Assembly: GCA_029907355.1 (NCBI GenBank)
Contig: JARYLZ010000008.1
Location: 1,098-65,097 of the forward strand
Direction: 5' to 3'
Origin: Bacteroidota bacterium
Lineage (GTDB): Bacteria > Bacteroidota > Ignavibacteria > SZUA-365
DNA: 64,000 nucleotides
Shown: in pieces, positions 16,374 through 27,678 of the stretch
Layout: each line of letters begins with the position of its first letter
Position numbering within the stretch: position 1 is the stretch's first letter
Notes under the pieces: generated by a model
Databases searched by the model: none
What the model was told of the DNA's origin: nothing
What the model saw: the letters and a program-made list of their open reading frames with translations, nothing else
Program-made: the position numbers and the translations under genes

Positions 16374-19300
16374 TCACCCTCCGGCGGTGCCGCCGTGCCT
16401 CCGCTGAAGGGGCTGCAGTTTCACCGAGACGTAGAAAACGAGCAGCATCCCCACGGCGATCGCGCCGAAAAGGACGATGATCGAGGACGACAGGAGGCTC
16501 GTGATGTCGATGCCGTAGGCGACGGTGCTCTTTGTCGTCACGCGCACGTCGTGCGTCCCGGGGGGGAGCGGGATGGTATATCTCTCGTGGCCTTTCCACA
16601 CGACGAGCTGCTGTTCGAAGCCGTCGATGAACAGCGCGAGAGGCGCCTTGTTGAAGGACGCGAGGCATCGGCCGGTCGAGGTGTAGCGGAACGACACGCT
16701 CCGTTCGCCCTCCTCGAGGGAAACGAGTTCGCCGGTGAGCGACAGCAGGGAGGCGTGGAGGAGATCCGACGAAAAGAAGGGACCGCCTTCGACATCCGTG
16801 CGGACGGTATGCAGGCCGGGCGGGAGCAGTACCGCACCCCCTGCAGTGGTCCGAACGATGCCGTCCACCTCGATGAGGGGGTGCTGTTCTCCCGCCACGA
16901 ACGAAAACGCCACAGGGGAAGAAAAACGGTATCCGCCGGCTATCCGCTGGAGACGGACCGGTGCCGCAGCGGCATGTGCGAGGAAAGGGATGTCCTGGGC
17001 GTTGACGCTCGACTCCGAGTAGATGACGACGCGCGAAGCCTCGTCCGAGCAGACGGATACCAGCTGGAACGCCTCGGTCCCGGTTTGGATGAGCGTCGGG
17101 AACATCGTCGGCGCGTCCTCCGGCCTGAAGGCGAGGATGTTGATGTCCAGGCCGAAATTCCGCCCCACCAGGGCGCGATACCGCTCTGCGATCCCGCGGT
17201 ACCGACCGGGCTCCTCGGACCATCGGGACATCGGGTCCTCGATGATCGCCGTGAAAGGGTATTCGGCGCGAAGGCTCAAAATGCGTTCGACGTCGATCGC
17301 TTGCGAGACCCGCAACTCGGGGGAGCCGAGATTGTCGAGTACGGTGACGAGGGTTTCGAACCCCGGGCGGGTGCGCGCGATGCGCGCCGCAAGGTCGAGC
17401 AGTCGTCTATGGATGGAGACGATCTCCTCCACGCGGTAATCCTCGAAGGTTTTCCAGGCCACGGGGTTCCTCTTCCAGAAGAACGACGACGACGGGTCCA
17501 GCAGGGAAACGGGGTCGAACCCGTGCTTTTCCGCGAACGCCCGCCTCGCCGAAACGTGCATCGGTGTGAGGAGATCGGCATCGGTGGGCCCGCGGTTTCC
17601 GGACTCGAAGGACACTTCGGCGAAGTTGACGCCGTCGAAATCGTACTGCCGGAGGAAACGGCCGTACTCCGCAATGACGGCATTCATGCAGGCCGTGTCC
17701 GTCAAGGCGACAGGGTATCGCCAAGACGGCCGGACGTCCGCGCCGAGGCGGTTCTTCTCCCGCCACTGGGGATGATCGTTCCAGAATTTTTGGCTCACCT
17801 GCGGCGGTTCCAACCATGCGTACACGAGGATCCCGTTCGCGTGGCACAGGTCGATCAAGCGCCGGTAGTCGTAGGTGAACTTCGGGTACTGATGCCATCC
17901 CGCGGCGTGGATGGCACGCACACCCGCTGCGGCCCATCGCTTGACGAGATCCTCCACGCTCACGGTCCCCCGGTAGCCGGGGTCGAAGAACATCTCGACG
18001 CTGTTCCGGCGCAAGACGGGAAACAGCTCGAAGTACCGCCGGATGTACTCCGCGATGTACGGGAAACGGCTGAACCCTTCCCCGCTGACCGGGTCGAAAC
18101 GGCACGCGAAATAGAGGATACGGCCGTCCCCGAATTTCCGCCCGATAACGATGGGGGCTTCGCTCCCTTCGTCCTGCGCGAAAATCTCGTCGTCATCCTC
18201 GATCATCACCTTCGCGAACGACTCGGGCACGCGCCAGCTGATCCCCTCTTCGGGGAATAACCGGTCATGGACCCGGTCTACCTTGAGGACGGTGGTGGTG
18301 TGACGAATGCCCAGTTCCTTCGTGAACTCCGTCTTCCCGTCCGTGATGCACCCGCCGCCGCGCCGGACCCATTCGACGACGGCGCTGAAATCCCTCACGG
18401 AAAGCGCGTCGACGACGTTATAGGGTACGATCACGAGATTATAGGGCGAAAGATCCAGGTTCCCGCCGACACGGATGGTGTCGACAGGGATGCCGACCGC
18501 GTTGAGGGCCCGGACGAAACTCTGCTGATCGCGCATGGCTCCGCCTTTGGCCGTGGAATCCCACAGGATCGCGACCCGAGCCTCGATGCGGTTCGGTTTC
18601 GGCGGGAACAGGCGGTCGAGAATGCCCTGCAGCGTCCTCGTGACCCTTTGGGCGAATGTCGGTTCACGGCTCCGCAGTTCCGTCGGTGTCGCGACGTAGA
18701 TTTCTCCGGACCGGAGGGATACGGACCTCGTGACGACGCCGGTGACGCGATGCGGCTGTGTGGTCGATCGGATGGTTTTCCCTTCCCGGTCGATGATCGT
18801 CTCCCGCAGGTACTGGTCCGAAAGCCTCAGCGTGATCGTCGCCCCTCCCGTTACGATCGCCTTGTCGGGAAGAAGGACGCGGTGCGTGTCTTCACGAAGG
18901 TCATGGAAAGTGTACCCGAGTTCGCGGACACCCCGGACGAGACGTTCCATCTCGCCGGGCGGAACGTAGGAATGGCAGAAAAACCCCACCCACCCGTCGC
19001 GCACGCCGAGCGCGACGCGTGCGGCCTCGAGCATGCGTGTCACATTCTCTGCGCTGAGCCCGGGGTCGTCCGGGTCGACGGGGACGTAACCAAGGTTTTC
19101 CGGGTATATTTGTTGCCCATACAGGTCCCGTCGTATCGGGTAGGGGAAGAACTGGCTGTAATCGGCGTTGTTGATGGCGAGGCGCTGTTCCATCGCCGTC
19201 GTGAAAATATTCGAGACGGCTTCGTACGTCGTTCGCGACGCCGTGTAGTGTGGGGTTTCCCAGAGGAGAGGGTAGATGCCGTTCCGCATGCACTCCTCGA

Positions 19301-20318
19301 TTCCCTCTACGATCTTCCTCCGCACGCCCTCCACCGTCTCGCCGCGGATCGTGTCGTTCCTCGCCGCATCCCAGAACTCGTAATCGACAGCCGTAACGCC
19401 CTTGTACTGGTGCGTGACGCCGTGCATGAGCACCGTACCCCCCTTGCGGACCATGTAGCGGACGGCATCGGCGAAATCGGGCTTGTCCGATATCGACACC
19501 CGGAGACCGGCCCCCGGGTCGACGTAGAACGGGACGAGGGAAATGACGAAGGGGACGTTCTCCCCCGCGAGCAGATCCGCCACGGCGCGCAGACGATCGG
19601 GGTCCTCGAGCGGATGCACATCTTCGATGCGGATCAGCGCGCGGTGCGAGACGGGGTGATCTCGGTGAAGCATGTCATGGAGGAGATCCGCGAAGAGGAG
19701 ATAACGGTCCGTTTCCGTTGCGGAGGCGAACGGCGAGTCCGCCACGTACCAAAATTCGCCGCTTCGTAGAATGTACGGGACGGTCGACCGTTTCGACGAT
19801 GCCGTCGCGATCACCTGACAACGGGAAGGGTCCGTGACGCGCACGATCGTTATGTTCGGCTCCTCCTTCGTAAACGTGTCGTTGCCGCGTCGCACGATAG
19901 GGTAACCGGTGGACGTGTCGACGGCGACCGGTTCGAACCCGTAGTGGACGGAAAAGGGGGCGAACGCATGATAGGCGAGTATGCCCGTGTGGAGCCAGAC
20001 GAACGTACGCGACCGCGCCGATACGTCGCGCAGGAACACGGGGGGAGGCGAACAGTGCAAGGTGAAACCGATGAAGAACACGGCGTCGTAGCGGCCCATC
20101 GTCCCCGCCCGGTAGTCCGCGACAGGGATGATATCGATGTCGGCGTCGAAATGCCCCAGGAGAGCGCCGAGCTGCCGTGCGTCGCCTTTCGCGAGGTTCG
20201 CGGGGACATCCCCCCCTTCGTACACGACGAGAATGGAGAGCGGCGCAGCGTGGAGTGCCTCCGACGACAGGAAGCCTGCCAAAAGAGCCAGGACGAGTAT
20301 GAATCGTTTCCGGGTCAT
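16374..20318 (-). CDS. Large exported DUF2334 (polysaccharide deacetylase-like) protein fused to a putative glycoside-hydrolase-like domain, with C-terminal TM anchor
   Basis: Signal peptide; [15 protein letters not shown] and WETPHY (DUF2334/YdaL-like); later AGWH...GILVYAWLE...[11 protein letters not shown]-barrel-like region; hydrophobic C-terminal helix. Confidence 0.75.
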   Translation of the reverse strand: MTRKRFILVLALLAGFLSSEALHAAPLSILVVYEGGDVPANLAKGDARQLGALLGHFDADIDIIPVADYRAGTMGRYDAVFFIGFTLHCSPPPVFLRDVSARSRTFVWLHTGILAYHAFAPFSVHYGFEPVAVDTSTGYPIVRRGNDTFTKEEPNITIVRVTDPSRCQVIATASSKRSTVPYILRSGEFWYVADSPFASATETDRYLLFADLLHDMLHRDHPVSHRALIRIEDVHPLEDPDRLRAVADLLAGENVPFVISLVPFYVDPGAGLRVSISDKPDFADAVRYMVRKGGTVLMHGVTHQYKGVTAVDYEFWDAARNDTIRGETVEGVRRKIVEGIEECMRNGIYPLLWETPHYTASRTTYEAVSNIFTTAMEQRLAINNADYSQFFPYPIRRDLYGQQIYPENLGYVPVDPDDPGLSAENVTRMLEAARVALGVRDGWVGFFCHSYVPPGEMERLVRGVRELGYTFHDLREDTHRVLLPDKAIVTGGATITLRLSDQYLRETIIDREGKTIRSTTQPHRVTGVVTRSVSLRSGEIYVATPTELRSREPTFAQRVTRTLQGILDRLFPPKPNRIEARVAILWDSTAKGGAMRDQQSFVRALNAVGIPVDTIRVGGNLDLSPYNLVIVPYNVVDALSVRDFSAVVEWVRRGGGCITDGKTEFTKELGIRHTTTVLKVDRVHDRLFPEEGISWRVPESFAKVMIEDDDEIFAQDEGSEAPIVIGRKFGDGRILYFACRFDPVSGEGFSRFPYIAEYIRRYFELFPVLRRNSVEMFFDPGYRGTVSVEDLVKRWAAAGVRAIHAAGWHQYPKFTYDYRRLIDLCHANGILVYAWLEPPQVSQKFWNDHPQWREKNRLGADVRPSWRYPVALTDTACMNAVIAEYGRFLRQYDFDGVNFAEVSFESGNRGPTDADLLTPMHVSARRAFAEKHGFDPVSLLDPSSSFFWKRNPVAWKTFEDYRVEEIVSIHRRLLDLAARIARTRPGFETLVTVLDNLGSPELRVSQAIDVERILSLRAEYPFTAIIEDPMSRWSEEPGRYRGIAERYRALVGRNFGLDINILAFRPEDAPTMFPTLIQTGTEAFQLVSVCSDEASRVVIYSESSVNAQDIPFLAHAAAAPVRLQRIAGGYRFSSPVAFSFVAGEQHPLIEVDGIVRTTAGGAVLLPPGLHTVRTDVEGGPFFSSDLLHASLLSLTGELVSLEEGERSVSFRYTSTGRCLASFNKAPLALFIDGFEQQLVVWKGHERYTIPLPPGTHDVRVTTKSTVAYGIDITSLLSSSIIVLFGAIAVGMLLVFYVSVKLQPLQRRHGGTAGG

Positions 20319-20322
20319 GTGT

Positions 20323-22722
20323 TCATTTTACCACGGTAATGGGAATCACGCTGGCCGCATCGCCTGTCTTCAGGACTCCGTAATATGTGCCCGAAGAGGG
20401 GAAATCCCTCATGTCCACGGGAATGGACAAGCGACCGTCTCCCGCCGTGAGAACGGTATGGGTAAGATCGAGCACCTGCCTCCCTGTCCTGTCGTACATG
20501 ACGAGCGAGGGCGCCGCACGCCAGCCGGGCGAGAGAAAGATCGTGATGACCGACCGGCTTGTGACGGGGTTCGGGGCGACCGTTTCGAGCCGGGCACCGC
20601 CGCCGTCGAAGAAAGAAAAAAAGACTTCCGCCTCCGGAAACAAGGTCTCCGTCCCGTCCATATCCACGCAGCGCAGGCGGTAGCGGACGGTGTCGCCCCC
20701 TCGGTCTCCGCACGGGTCCGCCAGGGAATAGCGCGCTCCGCTCCCATCGCCGCTTCGTGCCGGGAAGAAAGCCCGTTGCTCCCAACCGCGCCCCGCGTGC
20801 CGTTCGACGAGAAACCCCACAACGCCCTCCTCTTGCGCCGTTTCCCATCGGATGAAGGCGGAGGAACCCAACGGTTCGACCGAAAAGAGGGAGAGCGTGA
20901 CCGGCGTGGGGTACGATGCGTTCGCGAGCACCATGCCGTATTCGCCGGTACAGAAAGCGACGCCTCCCGCGAGAGCGGCACCGTAAACGGCATACGTCGT
21001 GTGCACCGGGTCGGGTGTCCAGTTCCACCCTCCGTCGCTGCTCCGGAGGATCAGCCCGCCTTCGCCCACGGCGAAGAGATCCGTCGGAGAAGTCTGCACG
21101 ACGCGGTAGATCGGCACCGTCACGTTGGTCGTCGTCGAGTCCCAATCGGCACCTGCATTCGTCGTGGCCAGCAACACGCCGGCGTCCCCGGAAACCCACC
21201 CCCTGTCCGCCGAGAGGACGACAGAGAAGAGTGCGTCGAGCGTGTAGGAGGTTTGAGGAACCCATGTCGCACCGCCGTTCGTCGTCCGAAGAATGACGCC
21301 GTCCGCCCCGACGGCCGTCCCGAGCATGTCGGTGAGCATATCCACCGCGAAGAGGTCCTTGAACGTCCCGCTGGGGACGGGTGTCCATGCCGCGCCCCCG
21401 TTGGTGGACTTGAGGATTCTGCCGCCGGCGCCGACGGCGAAGCCGACGGTCGGCGTCGGGAAATCGATGCCGTTCAGCGCGCTCGTCACCCCGCTCGGTA
21501 CGACGGTCCAGACCGCTCCTCCGTCCGTTGTCCGGAGGATCACACCGCCCGACCCGCATGCCCATGCCCGCAGCGCGTCGACAGCGCACACGGCATAGAG
21601 GGGGAGTTGTGTCCCTGAATTCTGCACTTGCCACGTCCATCCCCCGTCGCTGCTTTTCACGATGGTACCGGCGTCTCCCACGGCCCAGACCGCGTTGACG
21701 ACCGCCCCCGCCACCGCGTTGAGTGCGGCCCGTGCACCCGTGACGACGCTGCCGAACACCATCGCCGACGAGGAGCGCGTGATCTCTCCCTCCAGTCCGA
21801 CGAGGACCACCGCGGTCGTCGTGCCCCCCCCCGCCACCATTCCCTCGAAGCCGTTCGTCGTCCCCGAAGCGAGGGCGCTCCATGTCGCTCCGCCGTCCGT
21901 CGACCTGAGGATCGTCCCGTTCTCGCCGCATGCATAACCGTTCATCGCGTCGAGAAACACGACCTTGTTGAGGTCCTGGGTCGTACCCGTGCCTGCCGAT
22001 CGTGTCCACGTATTTCCGCCGTTCGTCGTCATGAGTACGGTTCCGTACGTTCCCGCTGCCCATCCGTGCTGTGCATCGAGGAAGAAGACGCCGAGGAGAT
22101 CCGCCATAGGACCGAACACGGTCTGCGCGACCCAGGTCGCCCCGCCGTCCGTCGTGCGGCGGATGGTTTTTCCCGCACCGACACACCACCCCCTCTGCTG
22201 GTCGACGAAGCAGATGTCGTTGAGATTACTCGAGGCGTTGCTGGCCTGCGGCGTCCATGTCGTCCCGTTCGTGCTAAAGAAGATGAGACCGTTGTCCCCT
22301 ACGCAATAGATACCGCTTCCCGTGCTCGTGACTTGGTTGATCCCTTCGGTGGTGGGACGCGTCAGCGGTACCCAGGTCGTACCCCCGTCCGTCGTTGAGA
22401 GGACCACGCCGTCGTCCCCCGCAGCAAGGGCGGTGGTGGGGCCGATCGCTTTCACGCCGCGGAGAAACGAGTAGACGCTGCTTTCCTGCGTTTCCCATGT
22501 CGCGCCCCCGTTCGTCGTCCGGACGATGATCCCCGCGTTCCCTACCGCCCAACCTATGGGCGACGCCGTGGCGAAGGACACGTTCCAGAGATCGTTCCCT
22601 TGAGGTCTGGGGTTTCTCCATCCCCATTGCGCTGCGGTGCTCCCCGCCATGAGGGCGAGGCACGAAAGGATAAAAAGCACAGGGTTTCCGGATATCCGCA
22701 GCAATCTGCTCAAGATGCTCAT
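20323..22722 (-). CDS. YCF48/BNR-repeat double beta-propeller protein with T9SS C-terminal domain
   Basis: About 14 repeats of WAVG.xG.I..TT(D/N)GGATW; PVTLSLF linker; PNP...SGTYYGVL...ITVVK CTD; signal peptide. Confidence 0.85.
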   Translation of the reverse strand: MSILSRLLRISGNPVLFILSCLALMAGSTAAQWGWRNPRPQGNDLWNVSFATASPIGWAVGNAGIIVRTTNGGATWETQESSVYSFLRGVKAIGPTTALAAGDDGVVLSTTDGGTTWVPLTRPTTEGINQVTSTGSGIYCVGDNGLIFFSTNGTTWTPQASNASSNLNDICFVDQQRGWCVGAGKTIRRTTDGGATWVAQTVFGPMADLLGVFFLDAQHGWAAGTYGTVLMTTNGGNTWTRSAGTGTTQDLNKVVFLDAMNGYACGENGTILRSTDGGATWSALASGTTNGFEGMVAGGGTTTAVVLVGLEGEITRSSSAMVFGSVVTGARAALNAVAGAVVNAVWAVGDAGTIVKSSDGGWTWQVQNSGTQLPLYAVCAVDALRAWACGSGGVILRTTDGGAVWTVVPSGVTSALNGIDFPTPTVGFAVGAGGRILKSTNGGAAWTPVPSGTFKDLFAVDMLTDMLGTAVGADGVILRTTNGGATWVPQTSYTLDALFSVVLSADRGWVSGDAGVLLATTNAGADWDSTTTNVTVPIYRVVQTSPTDLFAVGEGGLILRSSDGGWNWTPDPVHTTYAVYGAALAGGVAFCTGEYGMVLANASYPTPVTLSLFSVEPLGSSAFIRWETAQEEGVVGFLVERHAGRGWEQRAFFPARSGDGSGARYSLADPCGDRGGDTVRYRLRCVDMDGTETLFPEAEVFFSFFDGGGARLETVAPNPVTSRSVITIFLSPGWRAAPSLVMYDRTGRQVLDLTHTVLTAGDGRLSIPVDMRDFPSSGTYYGVLKTGDAASVIPITVVK

Positions 22723-22803
22723 GTTCTCTCAGAGGTGAGGTATTGTCGGGGAAATGACAGAGATGTTCTTTTTCACCGTGTTACCCTAATGCATCGGGGA
22801 AAC

Positions 22804-24948
22804 TCAATGTGTGAAATGAACGGCCTGGAGACTCCGATTCCCATTCCACTCTAAAACGAGGAAGTATATACCTGCGGTCGGGAAATCGTCCGCGTAAAGG
22901 GTGAGTTCTCCAGTCCCGCCAACCGAAGACCGCGAGGCAAGACGGTGGAGAAGCGATGCACTGAGATCGCGAACGAGACAGCCGTAGACATCATAGATGC
23001 GGAGCGTGATGTCCGCTAGCGGAAAGCCCACACCCTCGACGCGGGCTGTGCTCCGCACGGGCACGATCGTTTCTCGCGTGAACGGGTTCGGGTAAGCAGG
23101 GCCGAGCTGAAACGTCTGCTCTTCCCTATCCCGCTCGACATGCACCACATGCTGCGTGTTCGTGAGAACCGTCCCGTAATCGCCCGATATCATCACGGTT
23201 CCATCCCGCGCGTCGATGCAGAACAGGTCGTGGAACGTCGGGCAATACTGCCTGCACCAATGTATTCCCCCGTCCGAGGAGCGAAGGACGAGTCCGGAAT
23301 CGCCGACCGCCCAGAGGTCCGAGCGGTCGAGACCGGCGATGACGTACAGAGATCCCCCGACGCCCGAGGTCTGCACCACCCACGTTTCCCCGCCGTCCGT
23401 CGTGTGGGCGATGGAACCCTCGTCGCCCACCGACCAGCCTTCCGAGATCCCCATGAAACGGACCCAGTACATGGTCCGGGATGTGCCTGTACGGCTTCTC
23501 CGCCATGAACCCCCGCCGTCGGTGCTCCGGAGGACAATTCCGTTTTCGCCAACGACGACTACGTTGTCGGCATCGAAAGCATGGAGACCATACAGGTATT
23601 CTACGACGCCGGCGTCCCTGCGCACCCATGTCGCGCCCCCGTCCGTCGTTCGGAGTATGCATCCGAGTTCGCCGACAGCCCAGCCGTCCCATTCGTTCGC
23701 GAAATCCACGGCGAGCAGAATATTCGAGTACGGGTTCGTCTGCTGGATCCACGTCCTGCCGCCGTCCCGGGTGTGGAGAATGATCCCATATTCGCCGACC
23801 GCCCATGTCTTCGAAGCGGAAACGGTTTTCCCCCCATAGAGGTTGTTTCGGAAGCCCGTGTTTTCCTCCGTCCACGTCGCCCCGCCGTCCGTCGTGTGAA
23901 TGACGATGCCGCTTTCACCGAAGCCCCAGCCGTTTCGGCCGTCGGCGAAGCTGATCCAGTTCACGCTTTTCCGTGTCCCGAACGAAACCGCTCTCCACGA
24001 GACGCCGGCATCGGTGGAGAGAAGCATATACCCGAAATCCCCGACGACAATGATGTTCTGGTCCTCACCCCCCACGCCTTCGAGCACTTCATCCCCGAGA
24101 CCGCTCTCGATCCGTCTCCATAAAGCGCCTCCGTCCATGGAGTGCAGTAGAATGCCCCCGTCGCAGGCGGCCCAGAGGCCGATCGGCCCGGCGTAGAGCG
24201 CATTGATGTTGCGGTTGATACCGGACTGCTGGGTGTCCCAGCGCAAACCGCCGTTCACCGTCGTATAGAGGGATCCGCCCGAACCCGCTACCCAGCCCGT
24301 CGTCTGGTTCACGAAAACGATGTCGAAAAGGTCGGGGCGTCCCTGGACGTTTCTCCGGTCCCATGATGCCCCTCCGTCCGTCGTTCTCAGGACGGTTCCC
24401 GATGCGCCCGCTGCGTAACCGTGTGTCGCGGAAACGAAGTAAACCGCGTTGAGCGTGACGGATACGCCGGTGGATTGCACGGCCCACGTTTCCCCGCCGT
24501 CGGTTGTCCGTATCATCGTTCCGTTGTCCCCGCATGCCCAACCGTTCAAGGCATCCAGGAAGACCACGTCGTTCAGACCTTCCGTCGTACCCGTCGCGCA
24601 TTCCTTCCACTCGTACCCACCGTTCGTCGTCCTCATGCAGGTTCCGTTATCACCGACGGCGAAAGCGACGCGATCGTCGACGACGGCGACGGCGATGAGG
24701 TCATCCGTGAGGCCGTCCATCTCGCTGTACCATGTCGAGCCGCCATCGAACGAATGGAGAATCGTCCCGTCGTCGCCTACGGACCACGTATTCGAGCGAT
24801 CCGCGAAACCGACGCTCGTGAGACGGTTTCCCTGGGGTTTCGGGTTGGACCACATCAACCGTCCCTGAGCGAAGGCGGCGGTAGGGAAGAGGAGAAGAAT
24901 GAAAAATGAAATCTGTCGGAGGATGGGGACGCAGGTGTCGAGGCGCAT
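22804..24948 (-). CDS. YCF48/BNR-repeat double beta-propeller protein with T9SS C-terminal domain (paralog of 20323..22722)
   Basis: Same 14-repeat layout, same N-terminal W.NP.PQGN motif, and AYPNPF...AGIYFL CTD. Likely start is 24948. Confidence 0.85.
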   Translation of the reverse strand: MRLDTCVPILRQISFFILLLFPTAAFAQGRLMWSNPKPQGNRLTSVGFADRSNTWSVGDDGTILHSFDGGSTWYSEMDGLTDDLIAVAVVDDRVAFAVGDNGTCMRTTNGGYEWKECATGTTEGLNDVVFLDALNGWACGDNGTMIRTTDGGETWAVQSTGVSVTLNAVYFVSATHGYAAGASGTVLRTTDGGASWDRRNVQGRPDLFDIVFVNQTTGWVAGSGGSLYTTVNGGLRWDTQQSGINRNINALYAGPIGLWAACDGGILLHSMDGGALWRRIESGLGDEVLEGVGGEDQNIIVVGDFGYMLLSTDAGVSWRAVSFGTRKSVNWISFADGRNGWGFGESGIVIHTTDGGATWTEENTGFRNNLYGGKTVSASKTWAVGEYGIILHTRDGGRTWIQQTNPYSNILLAVDFANEWDGWAVGELGCILRTTDGGATWVRRDAGVVEYLYGLHAFDADNVVVVGENGIVLRSTDGGGSWRRSRTGTSRTMYWVRFMGISEGWSVGDEGSIAHTTDGGETWVVQTSGVGGSLYVIAGLDRSDLWAVGDSGLVLRSSDGGIHWCRQYCPTFHDLFCIDARDGTVMISGDYGTVLTNTQHVVHVERDREEQTFQLGPAYPNPFTRETIVPVRSTARVEGVGFPLADITLRIYDVYGCLVRDLSASLLHRLASRSSVGGTGELTLYADDFPTAGIYFLVLEWNGNRSLQAVHFTH

Positions 24949-25011
24949 GGATGCATATATGAGTCGGGGGAGATACGCGATCTGCCAGCACAGCGTGTGG
25001 GCAGATGGTTT

Positions 25012-25019
25012 CAAATATA
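25012..25019 (-). promoter_or_regulatory. Possible Bacteroidota-type -7 promoter element (TATATTTG)
   Basis: Matches TAnnTTTG on the minus strand, about 65 bp upstream of the 24948 start. Confidence 0.35.
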
Positions 25020-25149
25020 GCCCGGGAAGAATTGCCCGCCAGTCCCTCCGAAATGGGACAGAGAAAATTCCTTCCAGGACAGTAGGTAAGCCCTGACAGA
25101 CGGATCGAATCGGGCTACCGTCCTTTCAAGATGGGATGTCGCGATGCCC

Positions 25150-27231
25150 TTAACGAACGACGAGAACGAGGCGTTCCCGGCAGGAGGCTCCTTTCAGAGC
25201 CATGACCAGGAGATAAGCCCCCGGCCTCAGGGTTGGAATACCCTCCCAGACGAACACGTGAGAGCCTTCCTCGTAATGGCGGGAAACCGCATGACTCACG
25301 GATGACCCGATAGAGGAATAGAGCATGAACGACACATCTCCTGCTTCACGGAGATGGAAAGCCACCTTCACCTCCTGCGCATCTGCGCGGAGCGGATGCG
25401 GAGTGACGATGAGGCTTTCGTCCAACCGCGCCGCATCCGAGACGACTTCGACGACGGGTGAGAGGGTCGATGTGCCGGTACGATCGATTTGGCGCAACCG
25501 GTAGGAGTGGACCGTTTCCCCCGACCAGGCCGTCTCGTCGATGTAACGGTATCCTTTCGGAGAGTTGGATACGCCGTAGCCCTCCACGAAGGCGATCGCA
25601 GTCCATGCACGGCGGTCGATAGACCGCTCGATCTCGAATCCGTAATTGTTCGATTCCGTCGCCGTTCTCCAAGAGAGGAGCACGCGATTCCCGTCTTTCC
25701 TTGCCATGAAAGAAACGAGCTCCACGGGGAGAGGGATCTGGGAAACGATTTCCATGATCTTTCCCGATGCACCGTCCGTGGCTCCGTTCCGGGGGAATTC
25801 CGTCAGGCTGGGACTGTTCGTCTCCCCTCCGGAACCGCCTACAACGGACATCGGGACGAATCCGCCCTTGTATGCGATGAAACCGCCGCCGCCACCTCCA
25901 CCGGGACCTTCTGCCTCGTTCCAGGTGATGAACTGCCTCCCTCCCTTTCCTCCGCGAGCGGAGAGGGAAATTCCCGAGATCGAGGTGTTTGCCTGAACGA
26001 TGACACTTCCGCCGCCGCCACCTCCTCCCGGCCCATCATTCCCGATCCCATAAGTATCTGTGCCGTTAGCCCCATCCGCACTCACGCTCCCCAAACCTGT
26101 CACGAAATTTGAGAAGAGCACGACGATACCGCCCCCCCGTCCTCCCTTGCCTCCCGCGTTGTTGTTCGCATCGCCTGCACCGCCGCCACCGCCGAAAAAG
26201 ACGTGGTGTACCGGATCGGCAATCAACGGATGTCCTCCGCGGCCACCCTTTTCCTGACGATTGTCCCCACCCCAATTCGTGATGCCCGGTCCTGCGTTCA
26301 ACGCGTTGCGTCTATTCGCCGAATAGGAATATCCTCCGCGGCCGCCGCCCGACGACACCGATGCCGCTCTTCCGTGAACGAACCATCCCGGGTCCGACTG
26401 CCATGCGGATGCCCCCGCGACGGTATCGGGCATGTTCCCATGGCCGGACCAGGGGATTCCGTTGTCTCCGTTGGCTCCGCCGCCGCCGCCACTGTTATGG
26501 GAATTGCCTCCGCCGCCGCCGTTCGCGGGCGCACCTCTCCCATAGCGCCCGTTCGGGAGCACGGACGCGTGTCCTGCTATGCTCTCCCCTTTTTCACCTC
26601 CATATGACTCGTCCGTGGAGCGATAGGTCGGAATGGCCGACGGGAAAGCAACCGATGAATTATCGAGTAATCCGCCGCGGAAACCCAACGTGTCGGCGAC
26701 GATTCTGCCGTTTATCATCGCGGTGTCGCGGACGTGTACGGCGACGATTCCACCCTTCTGCCCGTCCCACGGCTGGCCGGTGATGGTCGAACCGGAAGGG
26801 ACGATCAACGTGGTGTATTGCGGCACTCGTACGACTTGTACGTTTCCGGAAGCGGTGTAATTCTGGAGAAAGGATGGGGAGACGGTCAATGTAGAACTCT
26901 CGACCGCGATCACCTGCCGAAACTCGTAATTCCCGGCATTGTTATATGCGATAATATTGCCATACGTAGAATCGTCGCTCGTGTTGATCTGCACCCCCTG
27001 TGCCTGGTAGATCATGACGAGATCCCCCGGAGAAAATCCTACCGTGCTCTCGACAGCGACGGTACCGGTTCCCTGGACAATGTTTGAAGTCACTCGCGTG
27101 TACAGGTTCACGATCTCCATGCCGGAGGCGATTTTCCTGCCGTCTTTGCCCGGTGTTTGAGAAAAGACGAAAAACCCTTCTCCCGTGAACAGAGAGATAC
27201 CGATGAAAAACAAGACGCGTGCGAAACTCAT
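25150..27231 (-). CDS. Glycine-rich secreted protein with T9SS-type C-terminus
   Basis: Many GGGGG runs (e.g. GAPANGGGGGNSHNSGGGGGANG); LPVELVSF...WRTATESNNYGFEIERS Ig-like domain; C-terminal CTD. Start uncertain (27231-27339). Confidence 0.75.
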   Translation of the reverse strand: MSFARVLFFIGISLFTGEGFFVFSQTPGKDGRKIASGMEIVNLYTRVTSNIVQGTGTVAVESTVGFSPGDLVMIYQAQGVQINTSDDSTYGNIIAYNNAGNYEFRQVIAVESSTLTVSPSFLQNYTASGNVQVVRVPQYTTLIVPSGSTITGQPWDGQKGGIVAVHVRDTAMINGRIVADTLGFRGGLLDNSSVAFPSAIPTYRSTDESYGGEKGESIAGHASVLPNGRYGRGAPANGGGGGNSHNSGGGGGANGDNGIPWSGHGNMPDTVAGASAWQSDPGWFVHGRAASVSSGGGRGGYSYSANRRNALNAGPGITNWGGDNRQEKGGRGGHPLIADPVHHVFFGGGGGAGDANNNAGGKGGRGGGIVVLFSNFVTGLGSVSADGANGTDTYGIGNDGPGGGGGGGSVIVQANTSISGISLSARGGKGGRQFITWNEAEGPGGGGGGGFIAYKGGFVPMSVVGGSGGETNSPSLTEFPRNGATDGASGKIMEIVSQIPLPVELVSFMARKDGNRVLLSWRTATESNNYGFEIERSIDRRAWTAIAFVEGYGVSNSPKGYRYIDETAWSGETVHSYRLRQIDRTGTSTLSPVVEVVSDAARLDESLIVTPHPLRADAQEVKVAFHLREAGDVSFMLYSSIGSSVSHAVSRHYEEGSHVFVWEGIPTLRPGAYLLVMALKGASCRERLVLVVR

Positions 27232-27678
27232 GCTCAAATCCACCCCTGTAGTTAAAAAAGGAACACGTTTCCTCAAGCCGGTACCGGACGGCTCTCCCAT
27301 TGACACGGCACCCCGAATTGGGATATCCAGAGTAAACATTTACCATAATCATGCCAACAAACCGCCTATTCCTGTTTTCACTATACTTAACGATGAAAAC
27401 ATCGAGCGCTCATGATCATTAGCCATGAAAAAAAAGGCATCGTATCGCGAATAGAGAGAAGAAAAATCAAAGAAACCTTACAGGGATTGCCCTACAGATC
27501 CGGATCTCTACGATAGGGAAACCCTCGCTTTCGGTCGATGCAGTCTGCGACGATGTCTTGTATGTTGTAGCCGCACGGCATAGTTTCCCGTGCCTCGTCG
27601 GCGAAGAAGGGATGCGACGGGTACCGGCTCGTCCCTGAGAGGATCTCGGGCAACAGAAACGCGCCACATTCAACGAAG

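Noticed and set aside
20323-24948. Recurring ccgccgtccgtcgt-like DNA motifs suggesting a repeat array or DGR template
   Set aside because: Fully explained by the TTDGG protein repeats. No reverse transcriptase or adenine-specific variant pair is seen.
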